In this document: piece after piece, positions 11,246 to 24,412 of the stretch
Numbering within the stretch: the first letter of the stretch is position 1
Layout: each line of letters begins with the position of its first letter
Assembly (NCBI GenBank): GCA_025201805.1
Contig: MU619368.1
Span: 50,257 to 84,465 of the forward strand
From: Parasitella parasitica NRRL 2501
Taxonomy: Eukaryota; Fungi; Mucoromycota
Length of the DNA stretch: 34,209 bases
Direction: 5' to 3'
Notes under the pieces: model-generated
The model's database searches: none
The model's input: only the letters and a program-made list of their open reading frames with translations
What the model was told of the DNA's origin: nothing
Position numbers and translations under genes: made by a program

Positions 11246-14200
11246 ATGAGTGTACTGGAGAAAGAAGTGACAAATTACATGATAACAACAGATTCAGCAT
11301 CTGCTGAAGCTATCGAAGCTACAAAATCCCTTGTTTCAAGTATGAAGATATTCATATTCTCTAGTATTGATGGCTTACCAATTTTTTTTTTTTTTTTTTT
11401 TTTCAACTCATCAGTTGTAAACGAAGGGTCAGTTCAAGATAACTTGCTTCGTCTTATTCAAACATTGGGAGATTACTTGATCAATGAAGATGAATTTGTT
11501 CGTGCCAAAGGTAATTTACAATGGTCAAATTGCTTGGAAATTGGGAATTAATAATCATCCCCTAGCAACTGGACTCTTATCCAACACATTGACAGATTGC
11601 AAGCAAGATGCCATTAATGAATCAGCAGGTAAAAATGTGAATAATGTATCTCAAAATTATGCATACGTATCTAACTAACACTCGATAAAAGTTTCTGTGC
11701 TTGTGGACTTTTATTGTGAGAGATTATCAGACAAAACTTGTGTTCACAACCTTTTGGATGGTCTTGTTGCTCTGATAACCTTCCCCGAATTTACTCCAGA
11801 AAATGCAGTATTTGTTTCAAAGAGGTAAAATGACGAGAATGAAGAAGAAATCGATATTCAATAGCGCATCCTTGTAGAATCATTCAAAATGTCCAGGTTC
11901 AACAATTTCCTCAGGGGACCAGACATTTAGCTTTTAGACTGTTTGAGAATTTGATTCATCGACATGCAGCTGCTTTGAAATCAATCAACAACGAGTTTGT
12001 ATATGGATTTACAAAAGAACTCGATGGCGAAAAGGACCCCAGAAATTTGTTGAGTGCATTCCAGGTCATGACCAGCATTGTGCACAACTTTGACATTTCG
12101 GCCCATGTCGAAGATATTTTCGAAGTCGCTTTTTGTTATTTCCCAATTACATTCAAGCCTCCACCAGATGATCCATATGGAATTACAGCAGAAGACCTTA
12201 AAATCGGGTTGAGAGAATGCATTTCATCGACTCCTTTATTTGCTAAATTTACGCTGCCTTTGATTTTGGAGAAATTGTCGTCTACATCGGGAAGTGCAAA
12301 GGTAAGATTCATTTGTTGGTGGTATATGTCCTTGGTGATGTTGACCTTTGATGGATGGTAGAGAGATTCAATGGAGACCTTGGCGGCTTGCGCCCCTGTG
12401 TATGGAGCAGAGGCGTTATTACCTAACATCAATGACATTTTCAACAGTCTCAAACTAGAAGTGTTTCATGCCATTGATGCAACTTTGGAAGATGCTGCCA
12501 TTGATGCCATGCGTGCTGTTGTAAGTGCCTTAGGGTCATGTTCAGTCAGCAGCACACTGGATCAGGACCCTATGGAGAAAGCCTTGAAGCCCTTGATTGA
12601 AGAATGTGCTACAAATCTAAGTGACCCTGATATGAAAGATTCTAAACAAACCGGCCGAATTTTGAGGGCTGCTGCATCCGCTTCAGATAGTGCTTGTCAT
12701 TACATTGTGGATAACATTGTGCCATTAATCCTGAAGCAATATCGAGAGACTAACGTTGCTACGTTGAGAAAGTCAAATGTGGATATTATGACTGATCTGC
12801 TGGAAGGTTGCAAATCCCTTTATGGATCTGCCGATGAGGAAACTAAAGGTTTGTAACGATGGAATTATGATGGCTCTGTACGACCAGTGGGCTGACACTC
12901 GAAGCTAGATAATGATCTTGTATCTCCTTTGGTTCAGCATAAAGATAGATTCTTTGGCATTTTTCAGTCCTGTCTGATGGCATCCAATGAATATAATCTT
13001 CTTCGCTTGTCAGGTTTGACAGGCTTAAAGTTGATGGTTTTATCAAAGGGTTACCTAGAATCAGATGAAGTTGGTCTCGCTGTTCAATCTATTAATAAGA
13101 TTTTACTCGATGAGCAGGATAAGGAACTTTGTGCTGCTGCCCTTGAGGCACTTCGTGCTACGTCTCATATTAACAGCAAATATATCACTGAACTGACTCT
13201 GCCCTCGCTCATTGATAGGCTTCCTGACAGAACAACTGATGGCAAAACAACTTATTTACCTGTGCTTTATTCGCTGAGAACACTCTCAACAGTTGCATCT
13301 GTATATCAACAGGCCATGCCCTTGCTGATCAAGAAATTTGATGTTGTATGCGTTAATGGTAAAGTTCTATTGTTCATTTCCATAATTAATCTAAATTAAT
13401 GTATCTTAAAAGACCAAAATGAAAGCTATGCGTACGCTATCATTGTATCGATTTTGGAATTACTCAAAGTCAAGTCTGCAGAAAAGCACAAAGATATTGC
13501 TGATAGCATCAGTACAATTATCCCTCATTTCATCACCAAGTCAGTGCAAGCCTCTCTTGATGCCAATAACAATTTAATCTTGCAGCCGAGCATTATGGAA
13601 ACTATCGCGGTAATCATCATCACAATTTTTTCAATGGTGGATAGTAGGTAGGTTTTGTAACATAAGCGACCAATTTGGTATACTGTTACTCAATACATAA
13701 TTTAGTGTTCAAAAAACGTTTTTGGACAAAACATTCAAGTTGTTTGTGGAAGGTCAGTTACCCGAGTTTAATATTCCTCTGTCTGCTCAAGAATACAAGC
13801 CCCTCGACACAGCGGCAACAGCAAATGAAAATCAACAGAAAACATGCCAACTCTTTGCAGCTGTCGTTTGTTCGTTGAGAAAAGATGTTGCATTACCTAT
13901 TTCGACCAGCATTGAAGATTATTTGAATGATATGGTGACATTAGCATTAAACGCAACTAATACAATTCAAATCACCTGCGCATCGAGAATTATTGGATCA
14001 ATCATCAATAAATGGAAAGACAGTAGGTTAAATATACTCACATCATTGTGTCCGTGTAATGGTGACACATTTTTCTTAGATTCGGCTTTAACTGAATATG
14101 TTAAGGCGACTGCCTTGGTGCTGGATGATACGATTACACAACAAACAACAAATAGCAAGAATGCCTTGCTGATTTACTTGTGGATCACAAAGGCTTTGGT

Positions 14201-15017
14201 ACTTCGTACACATGCTTTAGGTTACGAGTTGACGACGCGAGTTATTGAATGGTGTGGGAGCGACACAGCTGCTGATGCTCCTCAAGGCTTTGATATCCTT
14301 ATTGGTGATGATCAACTTGCTTTAAATAAGAATACTTTTGCTACTACAACTGTAAGGATGCCACTAACATTAGACTTTTCTATACATTCTCACTATTCTT
14401 GCATTTCACGAACTAAATCGCATGATTTTAATAGATCCTGTACAAACAGAGATTCTTTAGCTTTTGTTTGCCAAAGTTAGTCGATGGTTTCCGATCTGCC
14501 CAAGATGGTAAATTACCACAAATTTTGATTTTCGTAATTGTTGAAACATGTACTGACGTTTATATTATTTTATATACAAGATGTCAAGCCAAACTATCTA
14601 ATTGCTTTGTCTCATGTATTGAAGAACGTGCCAAAACAAATACTTTTGAACGAGCTGCCCCCTCTTGTACCACTCTTGGTTGAATCGCTCAGTTTATCGG
14701 ACGCAGCCCTCAAAGTATCAACCCTGGAAACATTTAAATTGGCCGTTTCCGAGGCTGCTGATGTAGTCGCTCCACAGATCAGAGCTATTTTACCTCCTTT
14801 ATTGTCTTTACTTGAGGACAATCGCAACTCTATCCGTGTCCGTGTTGCTGCTCTTACTTGTTTATCTCAGTTCCCTGCTTTTATTGCTAAAGATGCTTTG
14901 GGTCCTCATGTAAATTATGTCATCACGCAACTTAAGACACCTTTGGACGATAAAAAGAGAGTTGTTAGAAAGGAAGCAGTTGATTGTCGCTCCAAGTGGT
15001 ATGCTATCTCCTGTTAG
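11246..15017 (+). CDS. MMS19: MMS19/Met18 cytosolic Fe-S cluster assembly (CIA) targeting factor, HEAT-repeat protein; about 12 exons (possible extra 5' micro-exon at 11085-11101)
   Basis: DGEKDPRNLL and CYFPITFKPPPDDPYGITAEDLK (MMS19 N domain), LYKQRFF, YLIALSHVLKNVP and C-terminal LDDKKRVVRKEAVDCRSKW; 11 introns traced in frame (donors 11340, 11511, 11629, 11825, 12302, 12849, 13359, 13648, 14023, 14352, 14508). Confidence 0.95.
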
Positions 15018-15707
15018 ATTTTGGGAGATATAGACTTTGTGTATAGCTAAATAAACCTTGTGTACAATCCTTTTTTTTTTTTTTTTGATATTCTTGTAAA
15101 CACTGTTTCAATTGTGCTGTATGTATATAATAAAAACTGGTTTTGCACAGTGTTTGTGTCGATATCAATGAAGTGAAAATCGGTGTATGCCATTTTTTTC
15201 TTCTCAAAGCTTCATGCATTTACAACAATCAAAGCAACTAAAATTTCGAATACAAGAGCGATTACATAAGCGGATGCTTTTTTATAAACTTGATACTAAT
15301 ATTAAGAATGAATAGCGTGTAGCGAAATGCTCAAAATATTTGGATTGTAGTGTCCTTTAACTAGAATTTAAACGTTTTGCTTGGCAGAAGCAGGTATCTC
15401 CTGGCAATTTGATATTTCATTATTTTACTAAAAGTCAAGTAATGGAAGTAGACTATTCATCCAGCCATTTAAACGTATCATGGTAAATGAAAATCGCTTG
15501 ACATAATCAATCGTTGGGGCTTATGCTAGCCATACCGTACACTGTAGAGTTTTAAGGTGTAGATTAAATGTTAGCTTATTGCTTTATTAGGTAAGAGTAA
15601 ATTAGGGGATTGGAAGAGATTATTTGTAATAAAATGGAATGACAGCAGAAGCAAGAACACGGGAGTCGGTGTTGAAGAAGCCAGCCTTCGTAACTACTCT
15701 CCTGTAA

Positions 15708-17301
15708 TTAAGCCTCTTCTTCCTTGACATCGTCATAAGACTCAGTTTTTTCATTCTTTTGTTGATTCCTGAATTTGAGGTCAGCGTCCTTGACATCTCT
15801 GAAGGTGAGCACACGGCCAGAGAATACCACATCCATTTCTTCGAGAGAACGGCCCTTGGTTTCAGGGTAGAACAAAAAGACACAAGTGGCCATAACTAAA
15901 CAACAGCAGCCAAAGAAAATATAGGTGCCCCAAGTAATAGTGGTAAGCATGACAGGAACAAAAAGCGAGATGATAAAGTTCATCAACCAATTTGCTGCGG
16001 TTGTAATGGAAGTTCCCTTTGCACGGATGGAAAGAGGGTAGATCTCGGCAGGGTATACCCATCCACAAGGGCCCCAAGAATAGGCAAAACCAGCGACAAA
16101 GAAGTAGACCATGACGATACAGAAGTAAGAAGCGTGGATGTTGCCAGACATATCAACCTCCATTTGACCAGTTTCCTCGTTTCTAAAGACACGGCCAGTT
16201 GCAGCCATAACGATACCACAAAGCAGCATGGCGATGCCCATAATAAGAGCACCAGAAATCAAGACGACACGACGACCAAGACGATCGAGGAAAAGGATGG
16301 CAGGAATAGTGGAGAGAACGTTAAGGACACCATTTACACCAGAAGCAATTAGCGATGCGGAACGACCGGGAACACCAGCTTGTTGGAAAATAACAGGAGC
16401 ATAGTACATGATGGAGTTGATACCAGTAAACTGTTGGAAGATTTGAATAAGAACACCCAAAATAAGTCTTCTAAGCAAAGTGCCCTTAAAAAGTTCAAAG
16501 TAACTATCGACAGAGACAGCGCGCTCATGCTCAACTTGAGAAATGATTTCGTCGTATTCGGCGACAACATGAGGAGCAGCTTCATCACCTCCAGAGTGGA
16601 GTCTAGCAAGAACAGATAAAGCCTCAGCATTGCGACCCTTCTTGATCAACCAACGAGGGGAGAAAGGAAGGAACATGGTGCCAACGAAAAGAACAGCAGC
16701 AGGAGCCATTTGAATACCGAGAGGGATTCTCCAAGCAGCATCAGTAGTTAAGTTTTCAGTGCCGACATTGATCCAGAAAGCAACCATCAAACCGATTGTG
16801 ATGGTGAGCTGCTGAAGGGAAATAAGACGGCCGCGAATTTCCTTGGGAGCAAGTTCAGACAAGTAGAGAGGGACAGCCATGGAAAGAGAACCAACACCGA
16901 GACCAGCAACGAAACGACCACCAAGTATCATGCTGTAACCAGTAGCAGCAGTTTGAATGGCGGCACCAATGACAAAGACACCAGAAGCAATGATAATGGT
17001 GAATTTACGAGAAAGTCTTTCACAGAGTTGACCTAATTCGTATGTTTAAGAATTTGGATGCCATTCACATTTTTCAGCAAAACTTACCAGCAAAAAGAGA
17101 ACCGACGAAACAACCAGCCAACAATAAACCAGTGATGACTGAAGTTTGGATAGCCTTAAGATAAGTACCACCACCGGTCATTTTAGCAATGAAAGGAGGC
17201 ATGGTCAAGACACCAGAAATGATGCCAGAGTCGTAACCGAAACAAAAACCACCAATTGCTGCAAAAGCGCAGACGACGTAGAGCTGCAAACTATGTCCCA
17301 T
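15708..17301 (-). CDS. MFS sugar porter (HGT1-like high-affinity hexose transporter); exons 17301-17088, 17032-15708
   Basis: GGFCFGYDSG, GRFVAGLGVG, PLYLSELAPKEIRG, PFSPRWL, QQFTGINSIMYY, DRLGRR, WGPCGWVYPAEIYP and PETKGRSLEEM motifs; one intron at 17087-17033. Confidence 0.95.
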
Positions 17302-17450
17302 TAGATCAGATTAGATAGTTGTTAGAGATGTAGTGATTTGAAATGGTTATATAGGGGAAAATAGAAAGAGATGTTTGATTGCAACAACAAAAAAAAGAGA
17401 AGTAGAACTGAAAATTATCGTCTCTTTTTATACAAGTTTCGACATAAATC

Positions 17451-18600
17451 AAATAGCAAGTGTCCTACCATGAGTTGACCAAAATAGCAAGTGGATCCAA
17501 GACGTGCAAAAGCTGGAGAATAGACTATATGGGAACAATATAGTTGCAACCCGCATTATCCCACTACCAATCAATCTAAATGTTAGATTTTCCCCCACAA
17601 TTTAAGAAATATTAGAGATCCCCGCTTTTACTGGCCCCGCTCATCTTCACACACGCACAGAGACAGACAAATCATGACGAATTATACCTACTCTTGAAAA
17701 ATACATGGCGCATCAATCGCATCATGATGCACCGAATCAGTATTATACCAAAATAGCGGGAAAAAACCCCCCATCCATTGTACCATCTCCGGGCTTGTCA
17801 AATCATTTTGCATAATACCACTGCAATTATTTAATATTTACAAATATAACCTAGTTTTCTCGCATGTGAGTGATACATTGATATCGACATATCAAGGTCT
17901 GATAATAGCTCCACTACTTTTTAGTCAAAGTAATATTCAGCTAGCCATCTTACAGTAGTAACAAGAGCATATCAAATGGTTTTCTCAAATAAAAAAACAC
18001 ACACGCATTCAAAACACCAATGTAAACACACGAGAACTGAATCACAATATCGGTTGTTACACGATTAGTTTCTATACCGCTTTTACAAATAACGGGGGTT
18101 TTTTTTGTTCTGTTTTTCTTTTTTACATGAGCAGACCTCTCAAGTACACTACTGGTTCTCTGGTTTTATCTAATTAGACTCAAGTACATTCATTTCATCG
18201 ACTGGGGCTCTAAAAATCGCATTTATAGAGAGCAGTGCGAGCAAGGATGGTTCTATATCGAGGAAACACTGACTAACCGTTATTCCTCGGGTCCCCTTTT
18301 CATGAGAATTTTTGGGAAGAGGCGGTAAAAATAAGTGGGATTTCTTGATACGACTTGAGTTGAAGCATCAGGGTCCTTTTTTCAATGATTGGTGAGTTGA
18401 AGAAGGGCGAAAAAGATCCCAAAAGAGAAAATATGTGTGTATCGATACACCTGCTTCGCTGTTTTATATATATTTTTTTTGCAGAGCAGACTTGTAGATG
18501 TGTATATTAGAGGTAGATGGATATATTTATTGTTTAGTAAGACTATAACCTTCAAACCCAGGTAAGCAAATGTACATTTTAGAAATGCCCCACCCCCCGC
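17451..18600. promoter_or_regulatory. Sugar-transporter promoter with multiple CreA/Mig1-type SYGGRG sites
   Basis: SYGGRG or its reverse complement at 17513, 17593, 17620, 17635, 17787, 17909, 18202, 18588 and 18595 in AT-rich DNA; minus-strand TATAAA at 17427-17432. Confidence 0.5.
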
Positions 18601-20856
18601 AATTTCGTAATGTATTAACTGATTCGCTCTGCGTAATGTTCTGTGTTACATGACATTACTTGGAGGGAATTCATGGAAAAAGACGACCCTTTATGAAATT
18701 AGTAAGAGCAGAGTCTTACAAAAAGCTTTTGTCTTTTCTTTTTTTTTTCTCAAGGATAGTCTTGAATGTTTGATCACACATTCTAACGATAAGACGATAC
18801 TCTAGCTGGACGTATTGGATAGCTCGGGATGAAAGGGAAAATGGGTAAAAATAAAAATTCTAGCTTTGCAACTGATATCAAGGTCGTACACATAGCATGT
18901 CGAAAAAATATGATACGTTTTATAAAAAAAATTCTCATATGTCGAATATTGAAAGTTGAAACGTTAATACTAAAATAATCATCAGATCGAGAAATCAGGC
19001 ATCCAGAGTGCAATCACATGTATAGGTGTCGATGATCGTATCTTTATTCTGAGAAATTTCGCTCTAAATTCGTATGTCAGGTCTCTCAAAGCTTCAAGTA
19101 TTTTTAACCATCGACACTCTGTTTCAAGTAGTATACATATAGTCATTTTATTACTTGCGCTGATAGGCAAATTAGCGACGGTTAATGAGTGATGACTATT
19201 GCCATGGTCTAGCTACATAGTGCTTGTCATGTTACTGGAGGCCTACTATAAGATATACAGACGCCCATCTAGACTTGTACGTTGCTTAGCGCACCGAATA
19301 TTGTAATCATGTCACTTTTGGTCAACACACCACTATTATTTTTACGAAAGTTTGTTGAATATCAATAAGCCTCTTATGAAAGAAGTAAATAATACCCCAT
19401 AACTACTACGTTTCAATGTAATATCACAAGATTATACACTTGGTAACTTTCACGAAACAAAACGAAGCTGCAATAAATAACAAATACGGTGTACCTATTT
19501 GTTTTTCATGCCATCAATTTCTGGAAAGGCACAGAATCTTGTCAATTATGTCAATTATGTCTTTACTTGGCATTTATTATGTTTAAAAGGTGAAGCTTAG
19601 ATTTTATGAAAGGGGTACTATATTCTAGGAGATGAGAAGTAATGTGGAAGTTGGCTATATTATGGAAGCTCAGGGATGATCAGCTACAAGTGCGTCATAT
19701 TAAAGTTTAGTCTGTCAATGTAGCTACGTCTGGTGAGTGCATTGTGTCTGGTGAATGTGTTGTGCCTTGAAATCCAAGAAATTCTCTCAACTTTGCGAAA
19801 GATTCTACCAATATTACACTGATAAAAATATTCTCGTCTCAGGCACTTTATCAAGGCTATTTTCTATATTAATCACCATTTTTTCTCGTTCGATAGCTGG
19901 CTGTCCATTTCATCTTCTTGGCATTCCATGGCTGCCATAGTAATTGGTTCTGCTTCTGGTTTAAGCTTGATAATCCATCCCAACCTCATGTAAATATGTC
20001 CACATCCAAAAGTACAAATAGTCTTCCAAATGTTGTATACTGTATGTAGTCCTGTACCTCCATTATGAAACAAATCTATCAAGCTTTGATTATAAATCTC
20101 CATTTCGTGTAATGATGCAAACCGCTTAATTTTTCTATGCTTCATAAACGGTGTCGCCATGCAGGCTCGTTTTCTCAAGAAATGCTTTGAATAAGGTCTC
20201 ATTTTGGGATCTTTGCCTCGCTATGGTGAAATTGTAATAGATCCATGCAATGTTGAATAGTTCAAGTGTTCGCTTTTTAGGACTTTGTAAAGTGCTTTTG
20301 CTAATCTATAACTTCTGTTTAATTAATCAAATGTTTGTGCATGTTTGTTTTTCTTTTCAATGATAGGTAACTCTCAGCGAAATATTAACAAACGTTATGC
20401 TTTTAATGAAAAATGCTTAACGACAAATCTATACAGCTATTTTGATAATTCATTTGTATTCAAAGGTGAACAATTGATATCAATCCAATTCAGACACAAG
20501 CACTCTGTGCAATATCGAAATAGAAGAAACTTTAAAACGCTACTAGAAACGGTATATATATCAACAGTAATAACCAATTGTTCTACTTAATTGTTCTCCT
20601 GTAGTAACAATAACAGTAATAATGCGTGACAAATATATTAAAAGCTTGTATATGTGAGTAAGCTTGTTGGCTTTTGTGCACAAACAACAGGTACGCTGAT
20701 CAAAACGATTTAAAAGTATTGATATCAAAGCAATGACATGTTCTATTTTAATAAGGATACTTTATTGTAGTAGAGCGATGAGAGGTGTAAAATATTAATA
20801 TTATAAGAAAGTAATTGTGGTATATATAAAACTAAAAATGCTGCGAGAGCTGGTGA

Positions 20857-21120
20857 TTAAGCACCAGTGTTGGTAACATCTTTACTAACAGAGTAACTAC
20901 CATGGCCACCCATAGGATCAAAGAAGCTTCCAACGGTATCAGGCTTTTTGCTTGTACGCATAGGATCGTTATGGTATCTATCAACGACAATTTTTGCAGT
21001 AGCATCAACATCCTTCAAGGAACTTGCAGGAGATGTGATAGGTGTAGCAGCATTAGAAGAGGCAGGAGTGGAAACATTGGAAGTGTCCTTGTGGTGGAAA
21101 AAGTTTTTCATGAGACCCAT
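20857..21120 (-). CDS. Small 87-aa hypothetical protein (Ser/Thr/Pro-rich)
   Basis: Intronless ORF with AAA-ATG-G start context, codon usage like neighbouring genes, an ACT/ACC-rich leader, TATAAA at 21234-21229 and AT-rich 3' flank; no recognisable domain. Confidence 0.6.
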   Translation of the reverse strand: MGLMKNFFHHKDTSNVSTPASSNAATPITSPASSLKDVDATAKIVVDRYHNDPMRTSKKPDTVGSFFDPMGGHGSYSVSKDVTNTGA

Positions 21121-22624
21121 TTTAGCAGTAATAGTTGTGGTAGTGGTAGTGGCAGTAGTAGTGGTAATAGAATTTGAAATCTATGTAGATTAATTTTTTC
21201 TTCAATGTCGAGTATTGAATGTCAAGTATTTATACTCTTCAGAAATCTGTCTAAACTGTTATCCGTTTCCGATTAGGCTTGAATACGATTGGATCAATCA
21301 ATTAAGGTGGTGCAATCAGCTTTTGGTTGTTCGTAAACAATGGCAAAAATTATAAAGCCATCCCGATTTGTAGCACAAGAATGCAACTCCTTGCGTTGAT
21401 TTTAGTAATAAAAAAAAGGGGGTCAAACAAAAGAATATATTACAAATACAATCTGCCATAGAGATTAGTAATCCCTATTTTGCGTGTATCATTAGAAAGG
21501 TTAAAAAGTAAAGCTGTTGTATAGTCCTTCGAAATGCACATTATTTGATCTACCTCATATACAATACTTCTGAAATGCGGAGATTCAGGGCTTAAATACA
21601 TGTTACTAAAAACAACAAGTTCGTCAAGCCAGATCAAATGCATGCGGCGGCAAACGGCTAAGACATTATGCGAATTGCGATTACAGTTTGCACTTTCAAA
21701 GATTGCTGGCTAGTTGGCAAGCATACAGTTGATCTTGGATTCTGTGCTTACTGTATACAGGAATAAAAATAAAAAACGCTGCATTTTGTATTTCGTTTGG
21801 CTAAATAGTATGATATTATAGTGAAATCACCTCACTCTTTTGAATAAATTGCGTCCGTAGATCCAATAATGGAAAAAAAAATAAAACTGGTAAAGTGGAA
21901 TTGTGGTAAATAGAGATTACCGCCGGCAATGCTACTTTTGCTACGATAATCGAAGTCTGGATATCTCAAAAAAATTGATAGAAAACGACGTCAAGGTGGT
22001 ACTGGAAAGCCTATATTGATCAGAAACTGTACCTGTTTCTTACTCAAAATCTCAAGTCATTGGACATTGCGGGATTTTCAAACTTCGCAGCTACTCATGT
22101 CATTACTATAAATTTTGCCTATTCCAAAGCGCATGGATTATGTTTGGCTAGATAGATTTAATAATGTTCAATCAATAGAAGCAGATGGGTTATGGGATGA
22201 TTGCTGAAGAAACTACAAAAATTGTACGTGCCATTGTCCTGATGAAATCAACAATGCCCCTATTGCGTGCATAATAAACTGAGGCCTGTGCCCACCCAGA
22301 TGAGCACGACATTTATAAAGTATGACGAGTCGTTTGAGATGCGAGAGGGTCCTTTATTCGCACTCAAAAATGTATAATAAAGCAATTACTATTTGAAAAT
22401 CCATCCTTTTTTACTATATAATATCAACTCGGTTTCATAATTATAAATATGTTTTTATATATGAATGTATGTACGCTCGAATAATAAAAAAGCAGAGGAG
22501 GGAAATGGAAAAAAAAAAGAAAAAAGAAAAAAAAATGTTTTACGTTTGGGAGGAATAGCCAAAAAATAATGTTTTTTTGCCCTCCAGGTTCGCATATAAA
22601 AAAATTAAAATCGTTGCCTGTTTT

Positions 22625-22628
<4 letters not shown>

Positions 22629-22674
<46 letters not shown>
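22629..22674. repeat. (TG)23 microsatellite
   Basis: Perfect TG run about 70 bp downstream of the PWWP gene stop codon. Confidence 0.95.
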
Positions 22675-22675
<1 letters not shown>

Positions 22676-22740
22676 AAGTGGGTGTGTAAGTGTATTTGTG
22701 GGTGTGTTTGCGTGTAAAAAGCGAAAATGAGATTTGTATA

Positions 22741-24233
22741 TTATGATAGCTGTTCATGCTGCTCTGCGGATGCACTACGAGGTTCAGGAATAATTAATGA
22801 CTTCCAGTTTTTCATCAGCTGCTGGCAGCGCTGATTGATCTTGTGTTCATCCTCGCCATAATCGTAGGAACTAGCAAATTTAACAACTTTTCCAATCTTG
22901 GTATACTGTCAAAAAAAGGTCTCATAAGCATCTCTGTGTATAAACTCACACCAAATGTTCCACTTTACCCTTAACAAATCATATGTCATTTGTGAATCTT
23001 CAATCTCTTTAATAACCTGCGAAACTCTAACAAAGTCGTCTCTTTGGATCTCCCCCTATGTAGTCGTTTGGATTAATACCCCCAATTCCCTATTCCCCTG
23101 GCTACATGTCAGTACTTACAGCCTTCTTTTCGTAAACTAGTTTTTGGAGTTTGTGTCTAATATGGTAAATCTTTTTATACTCTGGCGTCTTTTTGAAAGC
23201 ATCTAAATCTTGTTGTTTTTCAATTTGGCCGACCGCATTATGGTTATTCGGTTCTTCAGATTTGCGGGACGCTGTTGACGTCTCCCTTTTGGTATGATGC
23301 TCCTCCTGCTCAGTCGACAGCGACTTGCGCTAATTGATAAAACCATTTAATTATTTACGCAAGACCCACATACTCGCAAATTAGACTTACCCGTTTTTTT
23401 CTATCACTTTCTGACGCTGATTCAGGATCTGCTAAACGAGCACGTTTATTCTTTTCGCTTGGGGTCTTCTTTGTAGACACTTTTGCCTTTTTCTGTTGTG
23501 ATAAAGTAGGTGGCGGTGGCGAGGTTGATGCCGCTGCATCTTCTTCATCCTCATCTTCCTCCTCTATTACCCTTTTTTTGCCGGCTCGTTTCTTTGGTGT
23601 GGGCGCTTTTTTTTTCGTATCGGCGGCGGTACTAGGGGCAGGCTTTCTACGTTCTCTTCCCTTGGGTTTTGCAGTAGCCTTCCCCTCCTCTTCTCTATCA
23701 ACATCTGCTGTTTTCCCTAATCCTTTATCCTCGTCGTCTTCCTCCTCTGACTCATCCCCATCGTCTTCCTCTTCAGCCGCCTCGGCTTCCTCCTCCGCTT
23801 TTAAAATAGAAGGGTCCAGGGCTTGATGGACAGCTATTTCCAAATCCTTTGTCTTGAACTTTTTGTCTTTTAGATCACGCTCAACACTCTCACGATCAAA
23901 AGGACGGATACAGTCAGGACCAAAGAAACCGCTACGGAGAAAAATCCCCCCATGGGATTATTCGTCAATACATAGCTTACCCATGATGATGATGAGCGCG
24001 ATAGTACTTACTAGTCTCTGGAACCATAAAAGAAGACAGTGTATAAAGGGCCTTTTGTTTTGCCTTTTTGCTTTAGGATGTTGGCAGGTATCTCTCTGTC
24101 GTTTTCAATCTAATGTTGTTGTTAGCTCTACGTAGATTCAAAAAAAGACAAAACTCACTCTTGCAGGCCACCAAGGATAGCCCTTTAATTTCGCAAATAC
24201 GGTATCACCAGGTATATATTCTCTAGGAGACAT
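22741..24233 (-). CDS. PWWP-domain chromatin reader with acidic/basic linker and C-terminal TFIIS-N/LEDGF-IBD-like domain (HDGFRP2/LEDGF/Pdp3-like); 6 exons
   Basis: Exon 1 (24233-24159) MSPREYIPGDTVFAKLKGYPWWPAR; exon 2 ...YTVFFYGSRDY; exon 3 GFFGPDCIRPF plus charged linker; later exons IYHIRHKLQKL, LLRYTKIGKVVK and INQRCQQLMKNWKSLI (TFIIS-N pattern); stop at 22743-22741. Confidence 0.88.
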
Positions 24234-24412
24234 TATTCTAGACTAACGCGATGATTTTTTGGAATGATTCTATTTGAAAAAAAAAAGAAAAAAAACAAAA
24301 ACAAAACACAACAGTAGGAGAGAAAAAGGGAAAAATGAGTGTTGGAGAAAAAAATTCTTTCTTCTAAACCACACACAACAACCAATAGATTGGGGCTCCT
24401 TTCTTGCTTGTT

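Noticed and set aside
14023-14079. 57-nt stop-free in-frame intron in MMS19 (also the 75-nt intron at 11340-11414)
   Set aside because: Canonical splice sites; 3n stop-free short introns arise by chance, and there is no evidence of regulated retention.
23932-24011. Second GTAAGC donor inside PWWP intron 2, suggesting a stwintron or alternative splicing
   Set aside because: No internal acceptor for a nested intron; using the donor would create an immediate TAG, and nothing supports its use.
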